This document shows positions 48,844 to 58,278 of a stretch of DNA of 64,000 nt, one piece after another. Numbering within the stretch: the first letter of the stretch is position 1; every line of letters begins with the position of its first letter. The notes beneath the pieces were generated by a model, which was not told where the DNA came from, made no database searches, and worked only from the letters and a program-made list of their open reading frames with translations. Source of the stretch: Pseudomonadota bacterium (GTDB lineage: Bacteria > Pseudomonadota > Alphaproteobacteria > UBA11222). The position numbers and the translations under genes are program-made. Location: the NCBI GenBank assembly GCA_049323435.1, contig JBMOMX010000032.1, forward strand, positions 18,555-82,554. Direction: 5' to 3'.

Positions 48844-49533
48844 TTGCGCGAAATCGTTCTGGATACGGAAACCACCGGGCTGGATCCGCGCACCGACCGC
48901 GTTATCGAAATCGGCTGTGTCGAGCTGTTCAATCATGTGCCCACAGGTATCACCTTCCATACCTATCTCAATCCCAAACGCGACATTGCCGCCGAAGCCT
49001 TCAATGTGCATGGCCTCAGCGCCGAATTTCTCAGCGACAAGCCGCTGTTTGGTGATATTGCCGTAGCGTTCAGCGAATTTATTGGGGATACCCAGCTGGT
49101 TATTCACAATGCGGCGTTTGATCTGGGTTTTCTGAACAGCGAGTTTGACCGGATCGGATTTGGCAAATTGCCGCCCGGTCGTGCGATAGATACGCTGCTG
49201 ATTGCGCGGCGCAAATTTCCGGGCGGGCAGAACAGTCTGGATGGCCTGTGCCGGCGGTTTGAAATTGATATTTCCGGGCGTGAGCTGCATGGCGCGCTGA
49301 AAGATTCGCATCTGCTGGCGGCGGTCTATCTGGAATTGATCGGCGGCGCACAAAGCGGGCTGGCGCTGGAAGGCGTGCCGGCGCAACTGGGCCGGGCTAT
49401 GGACCCTACCGGTTTGCGGGCGCCATCTTCCCCGCGTCCCGTGCCGCTGGCGCCGCGTTTGACGCAGGCCGAACGCGCCGCGCATGCGGAATTTGTGGCG
49501 GGCCTGGGCGGCGATCCGATCTGGAAACGGTGA
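48844..49533 (+). CDS. dnaQ: DNA polymerase III subunit epsilon (3'-5' exonuclease)
   Basis: 229 aa; Exo I motif VLDTETTGL, plus Exo II and Exo III (H..KDS.LLA) regions. TTG start. Confidence 0.85.
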   Translation: MREIVLDTETTGLDPRTDRVIEIGCVELFNHVPTGITFHTYLNPKRDIAAEAFNVHGLSAEFLSDKPLFGDIAVAFSEFIGDTQLVIHNAAFDLGFLNSEFDRIGFGKLPPGRAIDTLLIARRKFPGGQNSLDGLCRRFEIDISGRELHGALKDSHLLAAVYLELIGGAQSGLALEGVPAQLGRAMDPTGLRAPSSPRPVPLAPRLTQAERAAHAEFVAGLGGDPIWKR

Positions 49534-50028
49534 TTATTGCGATTTTGCCGCTTCGGCCTCGGCCTGTAACTGCATCATGCGCTGCCGGTAGAGCGTGGCA
49601 AAGTCGATATTATCCAGCATCAGCGGCGGATAACCGCCATCGCGGGTCATATCGGCGATAATGCGGCGCGCAAAGGGAAACAGCAGTCTGGGACATTCAA
49701 TCAGCAGCACCGGCTGCAAGGACTCGGCCGGGATATTAATGAGTTGAAACACCCCCCCATAGAGCAATTCGGCCAGAAAGACGGTGCTTTCCTCCTGTTT
49801 GGCGCTGACGGAGATTTTCAGTTCCACTTCGTAATTCGGCTCGGCCCCGCGGCGGACCTGAACATCTATGGCTACATTGATGCTGGGCGGTTTGGCGGAT
49901 TTGGTCAGGCTGCCGGGGGCGCCTGGATTTTCAAAAGACTGGTCCTTGATATATTGCGCGGCGATGGACAGGCGCGGCGCGTTCTCCGCGGATGGGTCTT
50001 GGGTGTCGGTGGCGTTATTATCCGTCAT
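49534..50028 (-). CDS. secB: protein-export chaperone SecB
   Basis: Start placed at the ATG giving MTDNNATD... (the track ORF begins at an upstream GVG-type alternative codon). The SecB core is LSIAAQYIKDQSFENP...VFLAELLYGGVFQL. Confidence 0.85.
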   Translation of the reverse strand: MTDNNATDTQDPSAENAPRLSIAAQYIKDQSFENPGAPGSLTKSAKPPSINVAIDVQVRRGAEPNYEVELKISVSAKQEESTVFLAELLYGGVFQLINIPAESLQPVLLIECPRLLFPFARRIIADMTRDGGYPPLMLDNIDFATLYRQRMMQLQAEAEAAKSQ

Positions 50029-50156
50029 ATCGGCCTGCTTTGATTTAACATGATTATATAGCGTGGGTAGCACGGATTATGATATGCGCCAAGGCCCGCT
50101 TTATGGATGTGGTGAAGCTTGCGCAGATACGCTAATATCATATTTGGCTGGCCAAA

Positions 50157-50912
50157 TTGGGCCATATAGCGGATTGCAGGATGAGTCAGGGTTTTCAATT
50201 TTTCGATCTGATCCTTTTGGGAATGATTGCGGCTTTTATTCTGCTGCGGTTGCGCAGTGTGCTGGGCACGCGCACGGGCCATGAAAAACCGCCCGAAGAT
50301 ATGCGTCCGGGCCGGACCGGGCCGCAGAAGGGATCGAATGAAGGCGCAAAGGAAGGCAAGGTTATACAATTGCCGCGCCGGACATCGGCCGATGGCAATG
50401 ATAAGGCGCTATCCCCGGCAGAGATCCGCCTGCGCCAGTCGCTGACCGAAATCACGCTGGCCGATCCGCATTTCGATGCCGATGATTTCTGTGATGGCGC
50501 GCGCCAGGCCTATGAAATGATCATTCTGGCATTCGCCCAGGGCAATCGCGATTTGCTGCGCGATTGTGTCGGCGAGGAAGTCTATGCCAATTTCAATGCA
50601 GCCATCACCGCACGCGAAGCCGCCGGACAGCGCATGGAAACCCGCCTTGCCGCCATTCAGGATGCGCGCATTACGCAGGCCAGCCTGCGCGGAAAAATGG
50701 CGGAGGTTACGGTAAAATTCACCGCGGATCTGATTTCCAGCGTGCAAAATGCTGAAGGCGAACTGGTGCAGGGCCATCCCACCTTGCCGCAACAGGTTTG
50801 CGAACTCTGGACCTTTGCCCGCGCTACGGATTCCAGCGATCCAAACTGGAGCCTGATTGCGACGGCGGCAGATACTGCAAATGACACCCCTGCCACCACC
50901 CCGAAAGATTAA
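50157..50912 (+). CDS. Tim44-like domain protein
   Basis: 251 aa; an N-terminal TM helix followed by a Tim44-like C-terminal domain. This is the conserved neighbour of secB in alphaproteobacteria. Confidence 0.65.
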   Translation: MGHIADCRMSQGFQFFDLILLGMIAAFILLRLRSVLGTRTGHEKPPEDMRPGRTGPQKGSNEGAKEGKVIQLPRRTSADGNDKALSPAEIRLRQSLTEITLADPHFDADDFCDGARQAYEMIILAFAQGNRDLLRDCVGEEVYANFNAAITAREAAGQRMETRLAAIQDARITQASLRGKMAEVTVKFTADLISSVQNAEGELVQGHPTLPQQVCELWTFARATDSSDPNWSLIATAADTANDTPATTPKD

Positions 50913-52152
50913 TCCGGTCCTGGCCCTGTCCGCAGCGCTGCTGGCCGGCATGCTGATCGGCCTGTTTGCCGGGCCTGATCTGCGCCGGATGGTTGCGGGC
51001 CTGACGGCACCGCGTCCTGACCGGCTGGTGCTGCGCCAGGTCAGCTATGACGCATTGCCGGGATGGCGCCAGGATTCGCTTCAGGGCTTTATGGCGGCGC
51101 TGAACCGTTCCTGCGGCATTTTTCTTGCGCAAAAACCGGACAGGCCGGTAGGCCCGGATGGGCGGATGGGCAGGGCCGCGGACTGGAAAGCGCCCTGTGC
51201 GGCGCTGGCGCAATGGATGGTGTTGCACGGCTCCGGCCCGGACCGGTCCGGCAATCGCGAACGCGATTTTATCATGCAGCATTTTCTACCGCTTCAGGCG
51301 CTGAATAATGAGCAGAACCAGGGCCGGTTTACCGGCTATTATGAACCTGAACTGCGCGGCAGCCTGGTCAGGCAGGGCCCCTATCAGGTGGCGCTACTGC
51401 GCGCACCGGAAAATCTGGTTGCGGTCAATCTGGGGGAGTTCAATCCGAAATGGCGCGGCCAGCGCATTGCCGGGCGGGTGCAGGATGGCAGGCTGCGCCC
51501 TTTGCAGCCGCGCGCTGAAATTGTTGCCGGCGCGCTCGATGCTGAAAAGCTTGAACTGCTCTATGTCGATGATCCGGTCGATGCGTTTTTTCTGCATATT
51601 CAGGGTTCGGGCCGGGTTCGGCTGCAGGATGGCCGGGTCATCCGTGTGGGTTATGCCGGGCAGAATGGTCATCCTTACGCGGCGATCGGCAAAAATCTGG
51701 TGAAATCCGGCGCGATCCGGCGCGAAGATGTTTCCATGCAGTCGATCCGCGCCTGGCTTGAGGCGAATCCGGATGAACGCGACGCGGTCATGAACGCCAA
51801 TCCGTCCTATATTTTCTTTCAGGAACTGGCAGTGCGTGACCCCGGTCAGGGCCCCCCCGGCGCGCAGAATGTGCCGCTGACGCCGGGCCGCAGTCTGGCG
51901 GTCGATCCTGATTTTCACGCATTGGGAACGCCGGTCTGGCTGGACAGTGCGACCCCCGATGGCGAAATTTTGCAGCGCCTGATGGTGGCGCAGGACACCG
52001 GCGGCGCCATTCGCGGTCCCGTGCGCGGCGATGTGTTCTGGGGCGCGGGCGCGAAGGCTGCGCAAACCGCCGGACACATGAACAGCGAAGGGCGTATGTA
52101 TATTCTCGTGCCGCGCGCGGTGGCGGCACGTGCGATTGATGGCACATCTTAA
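50881..52152 (+). CDS. mltA: membrane-bound lytic murein transglycosylase A
   Basis: Start placed at the ATG giving MTPLPPP... (signal/anchor LALSAALLAGMLIGLFA). The MltA and 3D domain regions are recognisable (YYEPELRGS..., ...DTGGAIRG). Confidence 0.75.
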   Translation: MTPLPPPRKINPVLALSAALLAGMLIGLFAGPDLRRMVAGLTAPRPDRLVLRQVSYDALPGWRQDSLQGFMAALNRSCGIFLAQKPDRPVGPDGRMGRAADWKAPCAALAQWMVLHGSGPDRSGNRERDFIMQHFLPLQALNNEQNQGRFTGYYEPELRGSLVRQGPYQVALLRAPENLVAVNLGEFNPKWRGQRIAGRVQDGRLRPLQPRAEIVAGALDAEKLELLYVDDPVDAFFLHIQGSGRVRLQDGRVIRVGYAGQNGHPYAAIGKNLVKSGAIRREDVSMQSIRAWLEANPDERDAVMNANPSYIFFQELAVRDPGQGPPGAQNVPLTPGRSLAVDPDFHALGTPVWLDSATPDGEILQRLMVAQDTGGAIRGPVRGDVFWGAGAKAAQTAGHMNSEGRMYILVPRAVAARAIDGTS

Positions 52153-52354
52153 AATAATGACCAACGCTATTTTAATAAAGTCTCGCTTATTAAAATAGTG
52201 ATCATTGTTATTTAAAATTATATGCCTTTACTAAAATAATGTCCTGGGCTATTTTAGTAGACGGTGAAGATACACGTTATAAGTGAATCAATCGCTATAT
52301 TCACTACCATGCATTGGATCTGGCTGGTCCGGTCGATACACTGAAAGCTGATCG

Positions 52355-53488
52355 ATGAAATTTGAGTCATTCAGCGCTGGCGAATGGAAAAAGCAATATC
52401 AGTATAAAAGCTTTTCTCCTGCATTGATAAATCATGAATGGGGCTGGGATGACCCGCGCATTAATGTTTTGCTTGAACAGGCAATGCGGGCGCTTGGTGA
52501 ATTGAACGCTTTTTCTTTTATTGTCCCAAATGTAGACATTTTTATACAAATGCATATCGCCAAAGAGGCACACACTTCAAATCGCATTGAAGGGACGAAA
52601 ACAGCCTTTGAAACGGAACTGATGCCGGAAGAAGCGATACCACCAGAAAATCGTGACGATTGGCATGAGGTGCAGAATTATATGGCCGCCATGAATATGG
52701 CGGTTCAGGAATTACAGCGCCTGCCGGTCTCAACCCGGTTATTGTGTCAAACACATGCAATTGTGATGCAGGGGGTCAGAGGTCAACATAAAACTCCCGG
52801 AGAACTACGCCGGGCGCAAAACTGGATCGGTGGTTCAGGGCCAATGGATGCAGCCTTTGTGCCGCCGCATCCAGATGAGGTATCCGGTCTGATGGGCGAT
52901 CTGGAAAAATTTCTGCATAATGAGGAAATAATGGTGCCCGATCTGGTGCGGGCCGCCATTGCGCATTATCAGTTCGAGACTATCCACCCCTTTAATGACG
53001 GTAATGGTCGGGTCGGGCGGCTGTTGATTACACTTTATCTCGTGAGCAAGGGGATTCTGCAAAAGCCCTCGCTTTATCTTTCGGATTTTTTTGAACGCAA
53101 CCGGTCTTCCTATATTGACGCTCTGATGCGGGTGCGCACTGCAAACGATATCGGACATTGGGTGCGATTTTTCCTTGCCGGGGTTTTGGAAATTTCAAAA
53201 AAAGGACGCGACACGTTCAAGGCTATTCAGGTGTTACGCGAAGAAGCGGAGAATCAATGTTTGAGCCTTGGAAGGCGGGCGCCAATGGCGAAGCGTGCGT
53301 TGACCTTGCTTTACCGCCGTGTTGTTGTATCGGCCAAAGATATAGAAATAGAGCTTGGCGTAACCAGCGCGACAGCAAACGCAATCATTCGCGATTTTAT
53401 AAAAATGCAGATATTACGCGAAACTACTGGAAAGAGCCGGCGCCGGTTATATGTGTTTGACCGGTATTTACAGCTGTTCATGGACTGA
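52355..53488 (+). CDS. Fic family protein, class II (intramolecular inhibitory helix); likely horizontally acquired
   Basis: 377 aa; Fic motif HPFNDGNGRVGR. An inhibitory S-x3-E-G motif (SNRIEG) lies N-terminal to it. There is a C-terminal winged-helix-like tail. The gene and its 200-bp upstream region are strongly AT-rich. Confidence 0.85.
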   Translation: MKFESFSAGEWKKQYQYKSFSPALINHEWGWDDPRINVLLEQAMRALGELNAFSFIVPNVDIFIQMHIAKEAHTSNRIEGTKTAFETELMPEEAIPPENRDDWHEVQNYMAAMNMAVQELQRLPVSTRLLCQTHAIVMQGVRGQHKTPGELRRAQNWIGGSGPMDAAFVPPHPDEVSGLMGDLEKFLHNEEIMVPDLVRAAIAHYQFETIHPFNDGNGRVGRLLITLYLVSKGILQKPSLYLSDFFERNRSSYIDALMRVRTANDIGHWVRFFLAGVLEISKKGRDTFKAIQVLREEAENQCLSLGRRAPMAKRALTLLYRRVVVSAKDIEIELGVTSATANAIIRDFIKMQILRETTGKSRRRLYVFDRYLQLFMD

Positions 53489-53496
53489 AATAAATA

Positions 53497-54246
53497 ATGA
53501 CTACCAGTCACACTGTCGCGCTGTTCGTAACCTGTCTGGTGGATTTGTTCCGCCCGTCGGCGGCGTTTGCGGCGGTGAAACTGTTACAGGATGCGGGATG
53601 CACAGTCAGCGTGCCGCAGGCGCAGACCTGTTGCGGCCAGCCTGCCTATAATTCCGGCGATAAAAAAAATGCCTCGGCATTGGCGGCGCAAACCATCCGT
53701 AGCCTGATGGATTATGACTATGTGGTGGTGCCGGGCGGCTCCTGCGCCGCGATGATCAAACATCATTATCCCGAACTGCTGGCGGGCGATGCGGCATTGG
53801 CGGGCGCGGCGCGTGCGCTTGCGGGAAAAACGCATGAGCTGACGCAGTTTCTGCATGAGGTCATGCACTATAAACCGGCCGTATCTGGCGGGGAAAAAAT
53901 CACTTATCTGGATAGCTGTTCCGGCCTGCGCGAGCTGACTATAAAGGACCAGCCGCGCGCCATGCTGGGATCGCGCATCGTGGAAAATCAGGATAGCGAA
54001 ACCTGTTGCGGTTTTGGCGGCACCTTCTGCGTCAAATATACGTCTGTTTCCACCGCGATGGCCGACAAGAAGCTGTACAGGCTCGCCGCCACTGGCGCGG
54101 TCCTGGTAGCGGGCGGCGATCTGGGCTGTCTGATGCATCTGGCCGGGCGCGCGGCGCGCCGCGATATGAAATTGCAGTTCCGGCATGTTGCGGAAATTCT
54201 GGCGGGCGATGACCAAACGCCCGCCATCGCGGCAGAGGAAAAATAA
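53497..54246 (+). CDS. lutA: lactate utilization protein A (CCG-domain Fe-S oxidoreductase)
   Basis: 249 aa; two cysteine-rich CCG-like regions (TCCGQP..., ETCCGFGG). Confidence 0.8.
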   Translation: MTTSHTVALFVTCLVDLFRPSAAFAAVKLLQDAGCTVSVPQAQTCCGQPAYNSGDKKNASALAAQTIRSLMDYDYVVVPGGSCAAMIKHHYPELLAGDAALAGAARALAGKTHELTQFLHEVMHYKPAVSGGEKITYLDSCSGLRELTIKDQPRAMLGSRIVENQDSETCCGFGGTFCVKYTSVSTAMADKKLYRLAATGAVLVAGGDLGCLMHLAGRAARRDMKLQFRHVAEILAGDDQTPAIAAEEK

Positions 54247-55670
54247 TGCAGCGCCATCCCGCCGCCTTTAACGCCAATGCCGCCGAGGCGCTGCTGGATG
54301 CGGATTTGCAGGCGGCGCTGGGCGCGGCCGAAGCGGGCTTTGGCGTCAAGCGCCGCAAGGCCATTCAGGGCCTGCCGGAGTTCGAGGCGCTCTGTGATCA
54401 GGCGGCGGCGATCAAGGACCATGTGCTGGATCATCTGGATGTGTATCTGCAACGTTTTGAGGCGCAGGTCTTCGCCGCCGGCGGCATGGTGCACTGGTGC
54501 GAGGATGCGCAGCAGGCGCGCGAGGTCATTCTGAAAATCTGCCGCTCGGTGAACGCCAAAACCGTGACCAAGGGTAAAAGCATGGTGGCCGAGGAAGTGG
54601 GACTCAACCCGTTTCTGGAGGCCCATAATATCCGCCCGATCGAAACCGATCTGGGCGAATATATTATTCAGTTGGCGGAAGAACCCCCCAGCCACATTAT
54701 CGGCCCGGCCCTGCACAAAACCAAGGATCAGGTGTCGGATCTGTTTCATGCGCATCATGCGCCGCTTGGCTTTACCGAGCGCCAATCTTCGGGCGAGGCG
54801 CTGGTCGGCGAGGCGCGCGCTATTTTGCGCCAGAAATATCTGGTGGCCGATGTGGGCGTAACGGGCGCGAATTTCCTGATCGCGGAAACCGGCAGCACCG
54901 TCATCGTCACCAATGAAGGCAATGGCGATATGACGCAGATTTTCCCGCGCGTGCATATTGTTATCGCCAGCATCGAAAAAATCGTCCCGACGCTGGAGGA
55001 TACGGCCACCTTGTTGCGCGTGCTGGCGCGTTCCGCTACCGGACAGGAAATGTCCGTATACACCACATTTTCGACGGGGCCAAAGCGGCGCGGCGATGCC
55101 GATGGCCCGGAACAGTTTCATGTGGTGTTGCTGGATAATGGGCGCAGCGCCATGCTGGGCGGCGCGCAACGCGATATGCTGCGCTGTATCCGCTGCGGCG
55201 CCTGCATGAATAATTGCCCGGTCTATATGGCGGCGGGCGGCCATGCCTATGGCGCGACCTATATGGGGCCGATGGGCGCCGTGCTGACCCCCAATCTTGA
55301 AGGCGTGAAACGCGCCCAGGCGCTGCCCTTCGCCTCAACCTTCTGCGGCAAATGCGAAACGGTCTGCCCGGTGCGCATTCCGCTTCCCAAACTGATGCGG
55401 GAATTGCGCAGCGCGGCGCATATGGCGCGGCTGACGCCTGCGCGCGAACGGCTATGGCTGGCGCTCTGGTCGTGGGTGGCGCAACGGCCCGAACTCTATC
55501 ATCGGCTTGGCGGCGCGGGGATGCGTATCCTCGCCATGCTGGCCCGTGGAAAGGGGCGCTTTGGCTGGCTGCCGCTGGCGGGCGGCTGGACAGGCACGCG
55601 CGATTTCCCAGCGCCCCAGGGCGAAAATTTCATGGCGCAATGGGCGCGGGGCGAAAAGGATACGCCATGA
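54246..55670 (+). CDS. lutB: lactate utilization protein B (4Fe-4S ferredoxin-type)
   Basis: 474 aa; two CxxCxxCxxxCP clusters (CIRCGACMNNCPV; CGKCETVCPV) and a DUF162 region. Confidence 0.85.
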   Translation: MQRHPAAFNANAAEALLDADLQAALGAAEAGFGVKRRKAIQGLPEFEALCDQAAAIKDHVLDHLDVYLQRFEAQVFAAGGMVHWCEDAQQAREVILKICRSVNAKTVTKGKSMVAEEVGLNPFLEAHNIRPIETDLGEYIIQLAEEPPSHIIGPALHKTKDQVSDLFHAHHAPLGFTERQSSGEALVGEARAILRQKYLVADVGVTGANFLIAETGSTVIVTNEGNGDMTQIFPRVHIVIASIEKIVPTLEDTATLLRVLARSATGQEMSVYTTFSTGPKRRGDADGPEQFHVVLLDNGRSAMLGGAQRDMLRCIRCGACMNNCPVYMAAGGHAYGATYMGPMGAVLTPNLEGVKRAQALPFASTFCGKCETVCPVRIPLPKLMRELRSAAHMARLTPARERLWLALWSWVAQRPELYHRLGGAGMRILAMLARGKGRFGWLPLAGGWTGTRDFPAPQGENFMAQWARGEKDTP

Positions 55671-56344
55671 GCCAGCAACGCATGGCCATAATGGATAAAA
55701 TTCGGGCCTCGCATCGGGCGCGCGGCATTGGCTCTTCGCAACAGGCGGTGGATGCGCGGCTGAATGCGCGGGCGCAAAATCTTGTTCCTGCGCGCGGGCG
55801 GCTGACTGGCGATGCGCTGCGCGCCCGGTTAGAACAGTTTGCCGTGAAATCCCAGGCCAGCATTGTCTCGGTGGCGGCCCCGCGCGACGTGCCGCAGGCC
55901 ATTGGCGCTTATCTGACGGCGCATCATCTGCCTGGCCCGGTGCGGCTTTGCGGCGACGGCTTTCTGGCCGCAATGCCCTGGGATCTGATTGCCAGATTTA
56001 ATCCCGCTACCGGCGCGGTGCAGGAAACAGATGGTGTTGGGGTTTCTGTGGCGCTGTGCGCTATTGGCGAAACCGGCACGCTGATGTTGATCTCCGGCCC
56101 CAATGCCGCCAGCGGGCTGAATTTTCTTCCGCCCGCGCATATTATTGTGCTGCGCGCGGGTGATATAGTGGGCGCGCTCGAAGATGGCTGGGCGCGCCTG
56201 CGCCAGGCAGGAAACGGCCAGATGCCGCGCACCGTCAATCTGATCACCGGCCCCTCGCGCACCGCCGACATTGCCCAGACCATGTATATGGGCGCGCATG
56301 GGCCAAAGCATCTACATGTGATTATTGTGGATAACCATGCCTAG
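55667..56344 (+). CDS. lutC: lactate utilization protein C
   Basis: Track ORF 55352..56344 is an N-terminal over-extension. The in-frame ATG at 55667 overlaps the lutB stop (ATGA) and gives about 226 aa with a LUD-domain-like architecture. Confidence 0.7.
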   Translation: MSQQRMAIMDKIRASHRARGIGSSQQAVDARLNARAQNLVPARGRLTGDALRARLEQFAVKSQASIVSVAAPRDVPQAIGAYLTAHHLPGPVRLCGDGFLAAMPWDLIARFNPATGAVQETDGVGVSVALCAIGETGTLMLISGPNAASGLNFLPPAHIIVLRAGDIVGALEDGWARLRQAGNGQMPRTVNLITGPSRTADIAQTMYMGAHGPKHLHVIIVDNHA

Positions 56345-56933
56345 GCCCCGTAAACCGCGTCCGCCTACGGGCGATGAAACCGATCTGTTCGCAAGCGCGG
56401 TGGCCGGCGCCAAACCCCTGCGCCAACGCCCCAGCGTCCCGGAAATTTTTTTCGCGCCGCGTAAAAAACCCGGTTTGATCCGGCCGATCACCCATCCCCC
56501 GATCGAGGATCGCCCTTCGCCCCCCATTCACGCGAAAAACCGCGCCGCCGTCAGCGGGATGGATGGCAAAAATGCGGAACGCCTGATCCGGGGCAGGCTG
56601 GAAATCGAGGGGCGGCTGGATCTGCACGGCCATCGCCTGGACACCGCGCAGCGCGAACTGGCGGATTTTATCCGCCGCAATCATTCTTACGGCAAACGCT
56701 GTGTGCTGGTGATCACCGGCAAGGGCCGATCACTGAAAAATGCGGCGCCTGAAGAACCTTCCATAGGCGGACGTTACAGCATCCCCGAACGCAAGGGCGT
56801 GCTGTTCGATCTGGTGCCCGAATGGCTCAGCGCCCCCGAGCTCACCCCCTATGTGGTGGCATTTTCGCCTGCCCAGCCCAAACATGGCGGCAGCGGCGCG
56901 CTCTATGTGTATCTGCGGCGGGAGCGGTCTTGA
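56325..56933 (+). CDS. Smr/MutS2-family domain protein
   Basis: C-terminal Smr domain (LDLHGHRLDTAQRELADFI...CVLVITGKG). This is the conserved neighbour of mltA in alphaproteobacteria. Confidence 0.75.
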   Translation: MWITMPRPRKPRPPTGDETDLFASAVAGAKPLRQRPSVPEIFFAPRKKPGLIRPITHPPIEDRPSPPIHAKNRAAVSGMDGKNAERLIRGRLEIEGRLDLHGHRLDTAQRELADFIRRNHSYGKRCVLVITGKGRSLKNAAPEEPSIGGRYSIPERKGVLFDLVPEWLSAPELTPYVVAFSPAQPKHGGSGALYVYLRRERS

Positions 56934-57012
56934 GCAATTCCTGCTTGGAGTGACGCAGATAATTCAATCCCCATCACGCAGACAAAGTTCAGTAGCAGGG
57001 AGAATTTTCGCG

Positions 57013-58203
57013 ATGGGGCACGGCGCTAAATTATCTGCGCTTATTCTGCTGGCAATGCTGACGGCGGCGCCAGCAATATCAAAGCAAATAACGGTTGCTG
57101 ACACGCAACAGCTGCATGCGGCGCTTCAGTCGCTCAGTCTGGGAGACAAGATTATTCTTGCGCCTGCACGATACCGGACACATTTACTGTTTACCGCGCG
57201 GCATTCCGGAACCCAGGCGCTGCCTGTCCGGCTGACGGCCAGAGATGGCGCGGGCAGCGCGATTATAGATGGCGCGGGCGCGGACATCACCGTCAAATTT
57301 GCTGGCGCGGCCTATATCCATCTTGAAGGGCTGGACATTACCGGCGGCGGTTATCATGGGGTGTTTTTCTCCGATGGCGCGCACCATATCAGGGTCGCAG
57401 GCAGCCGGATTTACGATAATTACGCCGCGCGGCCCCTGGACAGCCATGCCGAATTGAAAGGCACGGGGCCGGCGGATAACCGGCCGCATCATATTGCCAT
57501 CCTTGATAATGAGATATTTCATTCATCGCATCCGCCGGGCGGAAATTTTCAGGGCATAGATTGTAATTTCTGCGATGATTTTCTGATTTCCGGAAATTAT
57601 CTGCATGATATCCGTCAGCCCGTGTCAGAGCCCTATTCGCATTATGACCGGGGCAGCTGCATTCAGATGAAAAGCTCCAGCCGGAATGTTGTAATCGAGC
57701 GCAATAAAATTGCACATTGCCATATCGGCATTGTTTATGGCGGCGAAGGATTGGCCAGCCCGGAACATATTGGCGGCATGGTGCGCAACAATCTGATTTA
57801 TGCATCAGGTGAAATCGCCATTGCCGTAGTGAATGTCCATGATGGCAAAATACTGCATAACACCCTGTATGCAAATGCCGGGGCCATTCGCGTGGCGCGC
57901 GATCAGCGCAATCCGGAAAGCCGCAACATGGTACTGATCGCTAATAATATTCTGGATGGGCCGGTGCGCATATATTCGAACGGCGACAATGTGATGCAGC
58001 AGGCGAACCATGTGCTGACCCGGGAAGAAACTGCCTCACTGTTCATAAATGCGGCTGAATATGACTTCCGGCTTTTGCCAACCGCAACACAGATCATTGA
58101 CAAGGGCGCAATGTCCGGCGGGCAGGTTGCTGACGATTTCGCAGGCACGCTCCGGCCAAAAGGCGCCGCCGCCGATATTGGCGCCTATGAATATCAGCCA
58201 TGA
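57013..58203 (+). CDS. secreted right-handed parallel beta-helix repeat protein (pectate-lyase-fold; polysaccharide lyase or modifying enzyme candidate)
   Basis: Start placed at MGHGAKLSALILLAMLTAAPAISK (signal peptide). Repeated I/V-x-N and GG-x-H-I motifs typical of PbH1 repeats. C-terminal ...DFRLLP...DIGAYEY. Confidence 0.6.
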   Translation: MGHGAKLSALILLAMLTAAPAISKQITVADTQQLHAALQSLSLGDKIILAPARYRTHLLFTARHSGTQALPVRLTARDGAGSAIIDGAGADITVKFAGAAYIHLEGLDITGGGYHGVFFSDGAHHIRVAGSRIYDNYAARPLDSHAELKGTGPADNRPHHIAILDNEIFHSSHPPGGNFQGIDCNFCDDFLISGNYLHDIRQPVSEPYSHYDRGSCIQMKSSSRNVVIERNKIAHCHIGIVYGGEGLASPEHIGGMVRNNLIYASGEIAIAVVNVHDGKILHNTLYANAGAIRVARDQRNPESRNMVLIANNILDGPVRIYSNGDNVMQQANHVLTREETASLFINAAEYDFRLLPTATQIIDKGAMSGGQVADDFAGTLRPKGAAADIGAYEYQP

Positions 58204-58278
58204 TCTCTCTCTAACCGGCGAGACCGTTTTTGGTTCATATTGAATCGCCTCGCCCTCATTTGGCGGGGCGAAAAATTC

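Noticed and set aside
48694-49485. 263-aa minus-strand ORF opposite dnaQ
   Set aside because: Antisense to dnaQ, which carries clear Exo I to III motifs. Arg/Gln-rich artefact.
51394-52164. 256-aa minus-strand ORF opposite mltA, and the nested ORFs 51788..52147(-) and 51308..51703(+)
   Set aside because: They overlap the well-supported mltA CDS and have no motifs.
53988-55244. 418-aa minus-strand ORF across lutA/lutB
   Set aside because: Antisense to the lutAB genes, which show clear Fe-S cluster motifs.
55352-55666. N-terminal 105-codon extension of lutC (track ORF 55352..56344)
   Set aside because: It would overlap lutB by more than 300 nt. The ATG at 55667 overlaps the lutB stop and gives a normal-length LutC.
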